Assembly (NCBI GenBank): GCA_965226865.1
Contig: CBDDEH010000004.1
Location: 1,704,586 to 1,768,585, forward strand
Direction of reading: 5' to 3'
Origin: Dehalococcoidia bacterium
GTDB taxonomy: Bacteria > Chloroflexota > Dehalococcoidia > Lucifugimonadales > JAGWBF01
DNA: 64,000 bases
Of the stretch, positions 1 to 10,142 are shown in pieces (positions within the stretch are counted from its first letter, which is position 1; each line of letters opens with the position of its first letter). The notes beneath the pieces are model-generated. The model did not search any database and was not told the origin of the DNA. It saw nothing but the letters and a program-made list of their open reading frames with translations. The position numbers were made by a program, and so were the translations under genes.

Positions 1-543
1 AACCAGGTGTTCTTTGACAACGTCAGGGTACCCAAAAAGAACCTCATAGGTGAAGAGAACAGGGGTTGGTATGTGGCGATGTCCCTGCTGGATTTTGAGC
101 GGTCCGCGATGGAGTATTCGGCCAACTCGCGGCGGCTAATCAAAGAGCTGGTCGAATACGTCAAGACTGCCAAAGCCAATGGGAAACCCCTCTCCCCCAA
201 CTCTAGAGTGCGCAACGCCATCATAGACAGGCACATCGAAGCGGAAACCGCGCGCCTGCTAGCCTACAAAGTTGCGTGGATGCAGGGAGAAGGTGGATCG
301 CCCAACAAAGAAGCTTCGATCAACAAGATATTCGGGTCAGAGACAGTCAAACGGACATCAGAAACGGCCTTGGAGGTTCTTGGCCTTAGCGGGCCCTTGC
401 TACCGGGAAGCAAATGGGCCAAGCTCAACGGTCGAGTTCCCAGTCTGTGGGTATTCCATATCCCCAACTCCATTGCCTCTGGCACAAATGAGATTCAGCG
501 TAATATCGTATCGACCAGAGGGCTGGGGCTTCCCAGAGGTTAA
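1..543 (+). CDS. acyl-CoA dehydrogenase, C-terminal part (gene begins upstream of the window)
   Basis: The frame is open from base 1. The translation (FDNVRVPKKNLIGEENRGW ... IFGSETV ... ASGTNEIQRNIV) looks like the C-terminal helical domain of ACAD flavoenzymes. Confidence 0.85.
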   Translation, partial: NQVFFDNVRVPKKNLIGEENRGWYVAMSLLDFERSAMEYSANSRRLIKELVEYVKTAKANGKPLSPNSRVRNAIIDRHIEAETARLLAYKVAWMQGEGGSPNKEASINKIFGSETVKRTSETALEVLGLSGPLLPGSKWAKLNGRVPSLWVFHIPNSIASGTNEIQRNIVSTRGLGLPRG

Positions 544-599
544 CAGGTCTAACCGGACAAACGCCTACAACAATCAGCCATGATGATCGGGAGGAATCG

Positions 600-1724
600 A
601 TGGACCTTGGTTTGAGCGATACCCAGGAGATGCTGAAGGCCAGTGCCAGGGAGTTTCTGGAGCGCGAATGTCCGCACACGCTCGTAAGGGAGGTCGAAGA
701 CGACCAAAAGGGCTACTCCCAGAAGCTGTGGCAGCAAATAGTCGAGCTTGGGTGGACTGGCGTCGCCTTTCCGGAGCAGTATGGGGGGACTGGCGGTGAT
801 TTCCTGGATCTCATGGTGCTTGTCGAGGAAGCAGGGCGATCCTTGGCGCCCGCGCCATTTTTCTCCACCGTGGTTCTTGGGGGGCTTACCGTTCTAGATG
901 CCGGTACACAACCTCAGAAGGAAGATATTCTTCCCAAAATATGCAACGGGCAGACCATCATGACGCTGGCCCTCACAGAGCCCACAGGGACGTTTGAACC
1001 AAGCGGAGTCCAGCTAGAGGCCAAGCGGGATGGCGACGACTTCATCCTTAATGGCACCAAGTTATTCGTATACGACGCCCAAATCGCGGACTTATTAATC
1101 GTTGCCGCTCGCACCTCAAAATCCGACGGTGGCATCACTCTGTTTCTGGTCTCCACGGACTCTCCCGGAGTGTCCGCATCGGTCCTCAACACTATTAGCG
1201 GCGACAACCAGTGTGAGGTCGCCTTCAAGGACGTCAGGGTTCCACCAATCGCAGTTTTAGGCGAGATAGACAAGGGTTGGCCAATCGTAGAGCGGTCTCT
1301 CTCGAGAGCGGCTGCGGCCAAGTGTGTCGAAACCCTCGGGAGTGCCGACGCCGTGCTCGATATGACGTTGGACTACGCAAAACAGAGAGTCCAGTTTGGC
1401 AGACCCATTGGGGCATTCCAGGCTGTACAGCATCATCTGGCCAACATGGCGGTGGACGTGGAATCCTGTCGCCAGACTACTTATCGTGCCGCGTGGAAAG
1501 TATCGGAAGGATTGCCGGCTTCTGAGGAAATTTCGGTTGCCAAGGCGATTATGAGCGAGGCCTACAGAAGGGTTTGTACCCTTGCCCATCAGTGCCACGG
1601 AGCTATAGGCTTCACCCAGGAGCACGACCTCCAGCTCTACACCCGCCGGTCTAGGTCACAGGTCGTAGCCTTCGGTGACGTCAACTACTACAAGGAAGTA
1701 GTCGCCCAGTCCCTCGGCCTCTAG
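600..1724 (+). CDS. acyl-CoA dehydrogenase family protein
   Basis: 374 aa ORF with ACAD-like N-terminal, middle and C-terminal domains (FPEQYGG ... QFGRPIGAFQAVQHHLANM). It lies 57 nt downstream of the previous ACAD gene. Confidence 0.9.
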   Translation: MDLGLSDTQEMLKASAREFLERECPHTLVREVEDDQKGYSQKLWQQIVELGWTGVAFPEQYGGTGGDFLDLMVLVEEAGRSLAPAPFFSTVVLGGLTVLDAGTQPQKEDILPKICNGQTIMTLALTEPTGTFEPSGVQLEAKRDGDDFILNGTKLFVYDAQIADLLIVAARTSKSDGGITLFLVSTDSPGVSASVLNTISGDNQCEVAFKDVRVPPIAVLGEIDKGWPIVERSLSRAAAAKCVETLGSADAVLDMTLDYAKQRVQFGRPIGAFQAVQHHLANMAVDVESCRQTTYRAAWKVSEGLPASEEISVAKAIMSEAYRRVCTLAHQCHGAIGFTQEHDLQLYTRRSRSQVVAFGDVNYYKEVVAQSLGL

Positions 1725-1861
1725 CTCTGATCCATTTTCGATCATCGTTTCCCCTCTCGTGCCGATCATGCCGGTGGTAAGGCACCCCACCGTTGACCAA
1801 CTCGGCGACTCTAAGTAGACTCCACTCCGTCCCCGGTACGCAGGCAGCGGAGGTATGGACA

Positions 1862-2662
1862 ATGGCCAAGTTCGAGCAGTACGCCAACAAATACGAAAAC
1901 ATTCGCATGGAACGGCGCAATGGAATACTTCAGATTACGTTCCATACAAACGGCGATAGCCTGAAGTGGTCGAAGCAAACACATCTTGAGTTCGGCGATG
2001 CCTTCTATGACATCGGAAGCGATTCAGAAAACAAAGTCGTAATCATGACCGGCGCTGGAGATGATTTTCTGGCCGAATTGGGGCCTCCGAGACCGGTTCG
2101 GGGCACACCTCGGAATTGGGATCTGATGTATTGGGAAGGAAAGCGTCTTCTGATGAACCTCCTGGATATCGGGGTTCCGATTATCGGAGCGGTAAACGGC
2201 CCGGCCCTAACCCATGCGGAGATGCCCCTGCTGTCGGACATTACGCTGGCTTCAGAGACCGCCGTCTTTCAAGACGAGTCCCACTTCTTGCATGGGACAG
2301 TCCCCTCCGATGGGGTTCACGTATTCTGGCCTTTGATCCTAGGACCAAACCGAGGCAGGTATTTCCTCCTCACGGGTCAGAAGCTCTCGGCCCAAGAGGC
2401 TTTGGAGCTAGGGGTAGTCAACGAAGTCCTTCCCAAAGAGAAGCTCCTCCCGAGAGCGTGGGATCTGGCTGAGCAATTGGCGGACAAACCGCCTCTTACC
2501 CTGCGCTATACCCGAGTAGCGTTGACTATGCATCTGAAAAGGCTCATGCAGGACATGCTGGGCTATGGCTTGGCCTTGGAGGGTCTAGGGGTCGTGGACG
2601 TCTCCATGGACAAGGGACTGAACGACAAATGGAACGCCTTCTACAGAAAGACCGGCGAATAG
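1862..2662 (+). CDS. enoyl-CoA hydratase/isomerase (crotonase) family protein
   Basis: Crotonase-fold signature ([11 protein letters not shown] ... [10 protein letters not shown]). I prefer the ATG at 1862, which has GGAGG about 10 nt upstream, over the longer ORF start at 1793. Confidence 0.85.
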   Translation: MAKFEQYANKYENIRMERRNGILQITFHTNGDSLKWSKQTHLEFGDAFYDIGSDSENKVVIMTGAGDDFLAELGPPRPVRGTPRNWDLMYWEGKRLLMNLLDIGVPIIGAVNGPALTHAEMPLLSDITLASETAVFQDESHFLHGTVPSDGVHVFWPLILGPNRGRYFLLTGQKLSAQEALELGVVNEVLPKEKLLPRAWDLAEQLADKPPLTLRYTRVALTMHLKRLMQDMLGYGLALEGLGVVDVSMDKGLNDKWNAFYRKTGE

Positions 2663-2776
2663 AGAATCTACCGGAACCCAACATTTGACAGCGATAAACG
2701 GAGAATATAGGATTCACGTAGACCACACTACCACCATATCGTCAGGACGTTGGGCGACAGAAATCTGGAGGACTAA

Positions 2777-4462
2777 ATGGCCGAATATGATCTCGTAATT
2801 CGTGGCGGAACAATTGTCGATGGAACCGGAATTCCCCGGTTCAAGGCGGACTTGGCCACGAAGAACGGCAGGATTGCTCTTATCAGTGGAACTATCAGGG
2901 GCGGTGGCGCTAAAGAAATCGACGCCAGCGGGTGCATCGTAGCCCCGGGTGTTATCGACATGCATACCCACTACGACGGTCAGGTCCAGTGGGACCCATA
3001 CTGCTCTCTCTCAGGTTGGTTTGGAGTAACTTCGGTCAGCATAGGACAATGCGGCTTCGGCTTCGCTCCGGTGAGGCCCGAAGACCGGGAGAAGTCTATG
3101 CTGATGATGAACAGGATCGAGGCGATCCCTCTGGAGTCGATGCGACAGGGGATGCGCTGGGACTGGGTGACCTATCCCGAGTTCCTAGACAGCCTCGACA
3201 AACAAGGTTTAGGAATCAACATAGGCTCCATGTTTCCTTTCCAGCCTCTCCGGGGTTGGGTTCTTGGGGTACAGGAAGCCAGGGAGAGAAAGTCGGTTAC
3301 AGAGAAGGAGCTGAATCAGATGAAACAGCTCTTTGATGAGGCGATGAGGGCAGGGGCCTTCGGCTTCTCTGCCGACAAGAACCTGGAAGACCGGCCGGAG
3401 GACGGCAGTTGGCTGCCAAGCCAGGTGGCCTCCGAGGAAGAGTTCCTTGCCCTGGCTGATGTGCAAAGACGGTTTGGTGTCGGACTCATTGGCTGGACTA
3501 TCGGTTTTTCCGAACCGGAGGACCGGGCATGGCAGCAGGAACTCGTCACGAAGATGCTTCGTATCAGCGGTAGGCCTTTGCACGTTGGCATCCCCGACGA
3601 CGAAGAGGGCAACCGATGGCTGAACGAGAGTCGGGCAGAAGGACTTCCCTTGGTATCCCAGGAGGTCATCTTCAACAACGTATCGGAGTTCAAGATGGCC
3701 GAGTACAATCTGTTCGACTATATGCAAAGTTGGGTTATGCCAATGATTGGCACAGCAGAAGAAAGGGCGGCCAAGCTTCGTGACCCCGAGAACCGTGCCA
3801 AGATGAAGCAGGACGTCATCGATAATCCCCATGTGAGGACAGACTACGAAAAGATTGCCGTCGCCCAGGTGGTCCATGAACGAAACCATAAGTACGAGGG
3901 CTTCAGCGTTGCCGAAATAGGAAGGATGGAGGGCAAGCATCCCTTGGACGCCTGGTTCGATCTGGCCCTGGACGAAGACCTTCAGACCGAGTTTACCCAC
4001 TGGCTCGTAGAAGCCAGTGACGATGCTTTAGCTGTACGTATAAAACATCCGTATACCCACATATCCGTATCCGACGGTGGTGCCCACACCCGCTACACCA
4101 CGATCAGCTCCTGGCCTGCTTACTTCCTATCACATTGGATCAGGGAGAAAGAAGTCATGACTTTAGAAGAGGCCCACTACAAGATGAGCGCTTTGCCCGC
4201 ATGGCTCGCAGATTTCAAGGACCGGGGCTATCTCCGCAAAGGCGCGTGGGCAGATGTAATCGTTTACGACCCGGAAAAGATCGGGTTGATGTATGAAAAA
4301 CCAACCTTCGCCAACGACTTCCCTGGTGGAGAGCGGCGCATAATACAGAAGCCCACCGGCCTCAGGTACGTCGTCGTAAATGGCGGAGTTACCTTTGAGG
4401 ACAATGTGTGCACGGGTGCCCTGCCCGGCAAACTCATGCGCAGCTACGATATGGTGGGCTGA
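2777..4462 (+). CDS. metal-dependent amidohydrolase, N-acyl-D-amino-acid deacylase (D-aminoacylase) family
   Basis: 561 aa ORF. The N-terminus (DLVIRGGTIVDGTG ... APGVIDMHTHYD) is typical of D-aminoacylase-type amidohydrolases. Confidence 0.8.
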   Translation: MAEYDLVIRGGTIVDGTGIPRFKADLATKNGRIALISGTIRGGGAKEIDASGCIVAPGVIDMHTHYDGQVQWDPYCSLSGWFGVTSVSIGQCGFGFAPVRPEDREKSMLMMNRIEAIPLESMRQGMRWDWVTYPEFLDSLDKQGLGINIGSMFPFQPLRGWVLGVQEARERKSVTEKELNQMKQLFDEAMRAGAFGFSADKNLEDRPEDGSWLPSQVASEEEFLALADVQRRFGVGLIGWTIGFSEPEDRAWQQELVTKMLRISGRPLHVGIPDDEEGNRWLNESRAEGLPLVSQEVIFNNVSEFKMAEYNLFDYMQSWVMPMIGTAEERAAKLRDPENRAKMKQDVIDNPHVRTDYEKIAVAQVVHERNHKYEGFSVAEIGRMEGKHPLDAWFDLALDEDLQTEFTHWLVEASDDALAVRIKHPYTHISVSDGGAHTRYTTISSWPAYFLSHWIREKEVMTLEEAHYKMSALPAWLADFKDRGYLRKGAWADVIVYDPEKIGLMYEKPTFANDFPGGERRIIQKPTGLRYVVVNGGVTFEDNVCTGALPGKLMRSYDMVG

Positions 4463-4471
4463 GCCCAGAAC

Positions 4472-4517
4472 GAGGCAGTAAGAGGGGCCGCTTGCAAGCG
4501 GCCCCTCTTACTGCCTC
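4472..4517. terminator. 46 bp perfect palindrome between convergent genes (candidate bidirectional terminator)
   Basis: gaggcagtaagaggggccgcttgcaagcggcccctcttactgcctc is its own reverse complement. It lies between the stop at 4462 (+) and the stop at 4516 (-). Confidence 0.6.
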
Positions 4518-5520
4518 AAGCTTTCAATCCGTTTATTCCTCTGAGGATTGACTCGCCTGGGTCGGGACCTCCAGGAAACAGGAATATAATGGGCAGGCCA
4601 ATTCCCGCTTCCCGGTACCGGTCCAGCTTATCCGACCACTTTCGAGGGTCACCCACCAGCGCCAGGGCATCCAGCATTCTCGAAGAAACGTACCTGGCAC
4701 CCTCCGAATCTCCACCCAGTTGGACCGCTTTCGTTATCTTCTCCACCTCTTCACCGAAGCCGCTATCCGTCAGATGCTTCCGGTAAAAGGGCATCGTGTG
4801 GTAGTGAGCGATGCGCTCCCGGCACACCAGCTCGCCGTACGTAGGGTCGGCGCAAGCCAGCGCGAAGCATGAGATATCAACTGCACCGGGATCCCTACCA
4901 GCCCGGCGCGTCGCTCCTCGCACCCTCGGGATCACCTCTGCCAGATACTCGAAGGTGACCATGTTCAGCATGACCCCGTCGGCGATTTCCCCCGCCAGCT
5001 CAGCGAGCTTCGGGCGAAGCACCCCTACGTAGATGGGCACCTCGAAGTCCGGGTTGGGCCGTAGAAGTTCTAGATCTGGGATGTTGTATATTTCCCCCTT
5101 GAAGCTCAACTTACCCTTGGTAAGAGCTTCTTTAACGATCAGAATATACTCCCGCATATGCTGTAACGGATGCTCGATAATAATTCCATGATTGTCTGCC
5201 AGGTTGCTACTGTGTCCGCTACCCAGACCAAGAACGAATCGTCCGTTGGATATCTCGCTAAGGCTGGTGGCCAACTGGGCAATAAGAGTGGGAGTACGTG
5301 TGTAGATTGGTATTATCGACGTGCCCAGCTTGATGTTCGACGTGCGAACCGCGGCAGCGGCGAGTTGGGATGAGACATCCTTGCCGTATCCCGTAGAGGT
5401 CTCGGTAAGACAGAATATTTCGAGTCCGGCTTCTTCAGACGCCTTAGCCGCTGCCTGGACAACGCCAGTTGGCAATGTGTTGAGTAGCGCCACCCCAACT
5501 CGCTTCACAAGAACCTCCAA
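4516..5520 (-). CDS. luciferase-like (LLM class) flavin/F420-dependent oxidoreductase
   Basis: 334 aa ORF with a TIM-barrel LLM-like sequence (GRFVLGLGSGHS ... GVMLNMV). Confidence 0.8.
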   Translation of the reverse strand: MEVLVKRVGVALLNTLPTGVVQAAAKASEEAGLEIFCLTETSTGYGKDVSSQLAAAAVRTSNIKLGTSIIPIYTRTPTLIAQLATSLSEISNGRFVLGLGSGHSSNLADNHGIIIEHPLQHMREYILIVKEALTKGKLSFKGEIYNIPDLELLRPNPDFEVPIYVGVLRPKLAELAGEIADGVMLNMVTFEYLAEVIPRVRGATRRAGRDPGAVDISCFALACADPTYGELVCRERIAHYHTMPFYRKHLTDSGFGEEVEKITKAVQLGGDSEGARYVSSRMLDALALVGDPRKWSDKLDRYREAGIGLPIIFLFPGGPDPGESILRGINGLKA

Positions 5521-5666
5521 AGTTAGCCCTTGGCCAATCCAAATCGAAAGGGAGTATAGTTTCGTGTCGAGAGTCCGTCAATCGGAAATCTTGGGAAAGC
5601 GCTTCTAGTACGTGGTAAAATCCCCTCTGGCATTCGCTGTCTAAAGTCTTCATCTCGGGAGAGACC

Positions 5667-6995
5667 GTGGTTTTGCGAAGACCCCTCGATGGCATACGAA
5701 TCATAGACTTCACTTGGGTTCGGGCTGGACCCTGGGCCACCCGCTGGTTAGGCGCGCTGGGCGCAGACATCATCAAGGTCGAATGGCCCGAACGCCCCGA
5801 CACAATAAGAGGATTTCCCTACTCCATGCCTCCAGATGTAGAGCCGGGCCTGAACTCCAGCGGCCAGTTCAACGAGTCCAACGCCAACAAGCGTGGTATC
5901 AGCCTCAACGTACGCTCCCCTAAAGGCTTCGAACTCCTGAAGCGGCTCATCGGTTCCTCAGACGTCGTCGTCGAGAACTTCAGCTCGAGGATAATGCAAA
6001 ACTGGGGCCTGGGTTACGCCGATATGGAGAAAATACGACCGGGTATCATCTACGTTTCCATGTGCGGCTATGGTCATACCGGACCTTATCATAGCTACAC
6101 AACCATGGGTGCTACCGCTCAGGCCATTTCGGGATTGACCGTTTTGTCCGGGTTGCCGGGAAAACCGCCGGCCGGATGGGGCTGGGCGTACATGGACGAA
6201 ATGGGAGGTCTGTATATGATCATGGGTGTCCTGACGGCCCTGCACCATCGTAACCTGACCGGCAAGGGACAGCACTACGATCTTTCTCAGGTTGCCGTGG
6301 GGGTCTCATATACAGGTGCTGCCTTCCTGGACAGGACAGTAAACCGACGGCCCTCACACAGGGAAGGATTCCCCCCTGGCAATCGCACGGTGTGGCCCGG
6401 TGCACCCAAGCTCAACAACTACCGGGGGCCCATCGCGGCACCCCACAACGCATACCGCACCGCGGGCGGCGGCTATAACGACTGGTGCACCATCGTCTGC
6501 CTCTCCGACGAGGAGTGGCAAAAGCTTGTGGGGGTCATGGGCAACCCCAGGTGGGCCGCCGACATCAGGTTCTCCACGGTCGGTGACCGCATCGACAACC
6601 AGGAGGAGATGGACAGGGGTATAGAGGAATGGACCCTGACCCTGGACAAGTATGAGGTCATGGCCAGGTGCCAGGACGTGGGGGTGAGGGCCATGCCGGT
6701 GCAGGATGCCCAGGACATAGTGGAACACGATGCCCAACTCAAGGCCAGAGACGTGTGTACCGTGTTGGACCATCCCCTGCTGGGCGAGAGGAGGTTCCAG
6801 AACGCCCCCTTCAGGATGAGCAAGACACCTCCCAAGATGCACTCCTCCGCCCCCATGATAGGCCAGCACACCCGGGAGGTGCTGGAGGAGGTGCTGGGAC
6901 TGGACATAGAGGAGATAAGGGAGGGGTTTGAGGACGGTACCTTCTGGCCCACCACCATGCCCAAGTACCCCTACCTCGAGGAGTCGTTGAGATGA
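5667..6995 (+). CDS. family III CoA-transferase (CaiB/BaiF type)
   Basis: The N-terminus (LDGIRIIDFTWVRAGPWATRWLGALGADIIKVE) is the classic CaiB-family signature. GTG start. Confidence 0.85.
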   Translation: MVLRRPLDGIRIIDFTWVRAGPWATRWLGALGADIIKVEWPERPDTIRGFPYSMPPDVEPGLNSSGQFNESNANKRGISLNVRSPKGFELLKRLIGSSDVVVENFSSRIMQNWGLGYADMEKIRPGIIYVSMCGYGHTGPYHSYTTMGATAQAISGLTVLSGLPGKPPAGWGWAYMDEMGGLYMIMGVLTALHHRNLTGKGQHYDLSQVAVGVSYTGAAFLDRTVNRRPSHREGFPPGNRTVWPGAPKLNNYRGPIAAPHNAYRTAGGGYNDWCTIVCLSDEEWQKLVGVMGNPRWAADIRFSTVGDRIDNQEEMDRGIEEWTLTLDKYEVMARCQDVGVRAMPVQDAQDIVEHDAQLKARDVCTVLDHPLLGERRFQNAPFRMSKTPPKMHSSAPMIGQHTREVLEEVLGLDIEEIREGFEDGTFWPTTMPKYPYLEESLR

Positions 6996-8254
6996 CGCAG
7001 GAGCCTACCCCCCATGGGCCCCTGTCGGGGCTGAGGGTGCTGGAGATGGCCGACGAGAAGGGGCAGTTCTGCGGGAAGCTGATGGGAGACCTGGGTGCCG
7101 ACGTGATCAAGATAGAGCCCCCCGGTGGGGAACGTACCCGCTCCGTGGGCCCCTTCCTGGACGACATACCACATCCCGATAGGAGCCTGTACTTCTGGCA
7201 CTACAACACCTCAAAGAGGGGGATAACCCTGGACCTGAATACCGGGGATGGGCGGGAGCTGTTCAAGGGGCTGGTGGCCACAGCCGACGTGGTGCTGGAG
7301 ACCAGACCTCCGGGGTACCTCCCTGGTCTCGGCTTGGGGTATGAGGAGCTGAGCGCCATCAACCCCAGGCTGATCATGTGCTCGCTGACTCCCTTTGGGC
7401 AGACCGGGCCTTGGAGGGACTACCTGGCTTCTGACCTGGTGCACATGGCTGGGGGTGGGCAGATGGCCTCCTGTGGGTATGAGGACGATGACGTTCCCGA
7501 CGCCCCTCCCATAGCGCCGGGTGGCGGTAACGTTGGCCACATCGGCGGCGCCTACGCTCAAGTGGCCCTATTAGCCGCCATTTTTTACCGAGACATCAGC
7601 GGAGAAGGACAATACATCGACATCTCGATACACGAGGCCTGTACCCACTCTTCAGAGATCGCGGTGCCTATATATGTCTACGAGGGGCAGGTGGTGTTGC
7701 GCCACACAGGACGCACGGCGTTGCCTGACATATCTCCCAAGACCCAGCTCCGCTGTAAGGATGGCAAGTGGATCAATATCAATCGTATCGCCAGTCGGAT
7801 GGAGCCTCCCCGACTCAGGTTGCTTGCCGAATGGATGGATAAGCACGGACTGGCCCAGGACTTGCTGGACGAGAAGTACCAGGACCTGCAGACAATACAG
7901 GACGAAATAAACCACATAAACGATGCGGTCGAGAACTTCTTCGCGAACATAACTCAAGAAGAGGCCTACCATGGCGGCCAGGCACTTGGCTTTCCCTGGG
8001 GAGCGGTCCAGACGATTGAGGATGTTGAACTGGACCCCGGGTTGATCGAGCGGGGCTTCTTCGTGGAAGTAGAGCACGCTGAGTTGGACAAAAGCTTTAC
8101 TTACACGGGTCCTGCGGCCATTTACAGCACCCTGTCTTGGGGAATCTCACGTAGGGCGCCAGGTGTAGGAGAGCATAACGAGCAAGTGCTGTGCGCTGAG
8201 ATGGGCCTCTCAAAGGACGATTTAATGATGCTGGTGAGCGCTGGAGCCATCTAG
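6992..8254 (+). CDS. family III CoA-transferase (CaiB/BaiF type), second paralogue
   Basis: LSGLRVLEMADEKGQFCGKLMGDLGADVIKIEPP. Its start overlaps the previous stop (ATGA), suggesting translational coupling. Confidence 0.85.
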   Translation: MTQEPTPHGPLSGLRVLEMADEKGQFCGKLMGDLGADVIKIEPPGGERTRSVGPFLDDIPHPDRSLYFWHYNTSKRGITLDLNTGDGRELFKGLVATADVVLETRPPGYLPGLGLGYEELSAINPRLIMCSLTPFGQTGPWRDYLASDLVHMAGGGQMASCGYEDDDVPDAPPIAPGGGNVGHIGGAYAQVALLAAIFYRDISGEGQYIDISIHEACTHSSEIAVPIYVYEGQVVLRHTGRTALPDISPKTQLRCKDGKWININRIASRMEPPRLRLLAEWMDKHGLAQDLLDEKYQDLQTIQDEINHINDAVENFFANITQEEAYHGGQALGFPWGAVQTIEDVELDPGLIERGFFVEVEHAELDKSFTYTGPAAIYSTLSWGISRRAPGVGEHNEQVLCAEMGLSKDDLMMLVSAGAI

Positions 8255-8363
8255 CGCTATCTACCGAAAAGCCTGGTAAGCTGCTTGCGGTTGACAGCCT
8301 ATCCACACCCAACTACTATCCCGTTGAGATGCGAACGAGGATTCGGGAGAGGAGGCACCGAGC

Positions 8364-9252
8364 ATGCCGAAAGTCGGTAGCGGACAGTTTATCTATGACC
8401 TCATTGAAGGTTGGGGAGAACTGCCACCTGATCTGAGCTTTGGTGTAGTCGCCGACGTAGCTGTCGACTCGCGCGACAGGCTTTACTGCTTTCAACGCAA
8501 AGACCCGCCGGTCATCGTGTTGGACAGTTCGGGCAACTACCTCACGTCCTGGGGCGATGGGACTATGGCCTACGCCCATGGAATATCAGTTGGGCCTGAC
8601 GACAACATCTATTTGATTTTTAGGGACGACCACATCGCCTTGAAGTGCACACCAGACGGCGACATTCTCTTCACCATCGGCACAAGGGGCAAGGCCTCAG
8701 ACGTTGTCTACGAGGGCGACTTTGAGGACGCCCCCGGGGGGCGTCCTCAAAGTAACAAAGGCTGGCGGACCGTTCAACAGACCTTGCAGACTGGTTCAGT
8801 CACCTTCGGGCGACCTGTATGCCGCTGACGGTTACAGCAACGCCCGTATCCATAGATTCTCCGCCAAGGGCGATCTGAAATCCTCCTGGGGAGAACCCGG
8901 AACCTCGGAGCCTGGACAGTTCCACGTACCCCACAGTGTATTGGTGGACAAACGGGGTGTCGTTTACGTGTGCGACCGGGAAAACAATCAAATACAGATG
9001 TTTACGGGAGATGGGGAATTCATAACCGAGTGGACTGACCTCCTGCTCCCCACAGACATCTACCAGGATGCAAGCGGAAACTTCTTCGTCACCGAAATAA
9101 CGGACCGGTTTAGCGTATTGGACCAGCAGGGTAGATTGCTTGCCCATGTGGAAACCGTCCCCGGCCATGGGGTCGCCGGAGATTCGAAAGGAAATATCTA
9201 TATGGCTGAGGCCTATGGAGGTCGGTTGGACAAGTTCGTGAAACGATCCTGA
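8364..9252 (+). pseudogene. NHL-repeat beta-propeller protein (PAL-like), frameshifted
   Basis: ORFs 8364-8828 and 8704-9252 together align end to end with the intact paralogue at 9275-10141. The frame switches inside the C5G6 run at 8731-8741. Confidence 0.75.
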
Positions 9253-9274
9253 TCGCTAATGGAACGAGCGTGAA

Positions 9275-10141
9275 GTGGCGACAGTAGGAACTGGAGCCTA
9301 TACCTACGAGGTTGTCGAGAACTGGGGCGAGTTGCCGTCGGGATGGAGTTTTGGCGTCGTGACCGACGTGGCAGTGGACTCCAAGGACAGGGTCTATGTA
9401 TTTCAGCGCAAAGACCCGCCGATAATCGTCTTCGACACCGACGGAAAATACTTAAGCTCTTGGGGAAGCGGCGCCATAACATTCGGCCATGGCATACATG
9501 TCGGCCCGGGCGACGTGGTCTACCTGACCGACCGGGAGGAGCACGTAGCGCTCAAGTACTCCAGTGAAGGCGTGCTTCTGATGACCCTGGGAACTAGGGG
9601 GCAGCCTTCGGACACCGGCTGTACCGAGGACATGACCCTGGTTCCACGTCCGGGTGAGCCATTTAATAAGCCCACGAAGATGGTCCCTTCACCGACAGGA
9701 GAACTATACGTCAGCGACGGGTACCGTAACAGTAGGGTACACAGGTTCTCGCCGGATGGACAGCTCATTTCCTCCTGGGGCAACTCGGGTAAGAGCGCTC
9801 CAGGCGAGTTCCATCTTCCCCACAGCGTCTGGGTTGATGATCAGCAATTGGTATACGTATGCGACCGGGAAAACGATCGTATCCAGATATTCTCTGCCTC
9901 AGGAGATTTCGTTGACCAGTGGACTGGGTTCGATTTACCCGCCGACCTCCATATGGACGCACAAGAGGTGGCCTATATCAGCGAGCTCGGATACCGGGTG
10001 AGCGTTGTCGACAAGAGTGGGAATCTTCTCGCGCGTTGGGAAGCGCCCAGGGGCCACGGGATCAGTGGGGACTCAGGGGGTGACATCTACCTGGCCGAGG
10101 TCCACCGGAAGATGGTCACCAAGTACGTGCGAGGGCGCTAG
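9275..10141 (+). CDS. NHL-repeat beta-propeller protein (PAL-like)
   Basis: 288 aa ORF with repeated NHL-like blades (YVCDRENDRIQIF, LYVSDGYRNSRVHRF). GTG start. Paralogue of the upstream gene. Confidence 0.8.
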   Translation: MATVGTGAYTYEVVENWGELPSGWSFGVVTDVAVDSKDRVYVFQRKDPPIIVFDTDGKYLSSWGSGAITFGHGIHVGPGDVVYLTDREEHVALKYSSEGVLLMTLGTRGQPSDTGCTEDMTLVPRPGEPFNKPTKMVPSPTGELYVSDGYRNSRVHRFSPDGQLISSWGNSGKSAPGEFHLPHSVWVDDQQLVYVCDRENDRIQIFSASGDFVDQWTGFDLPADLHMDAQEVAYISELGYRVSVVDKSGNLLARWEAPRGHGISGDSGGDIYLAEVHRKMVTKYVRGR

Positions 10142-10142
10142 T

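Noticed and set aside
3209-4000. 263-codon minus-strand ORF inside the amidohydrolase gene
   Set aside because: It is antisense to a well-supported 561 aa amidohydrolase and has no motif of its own.
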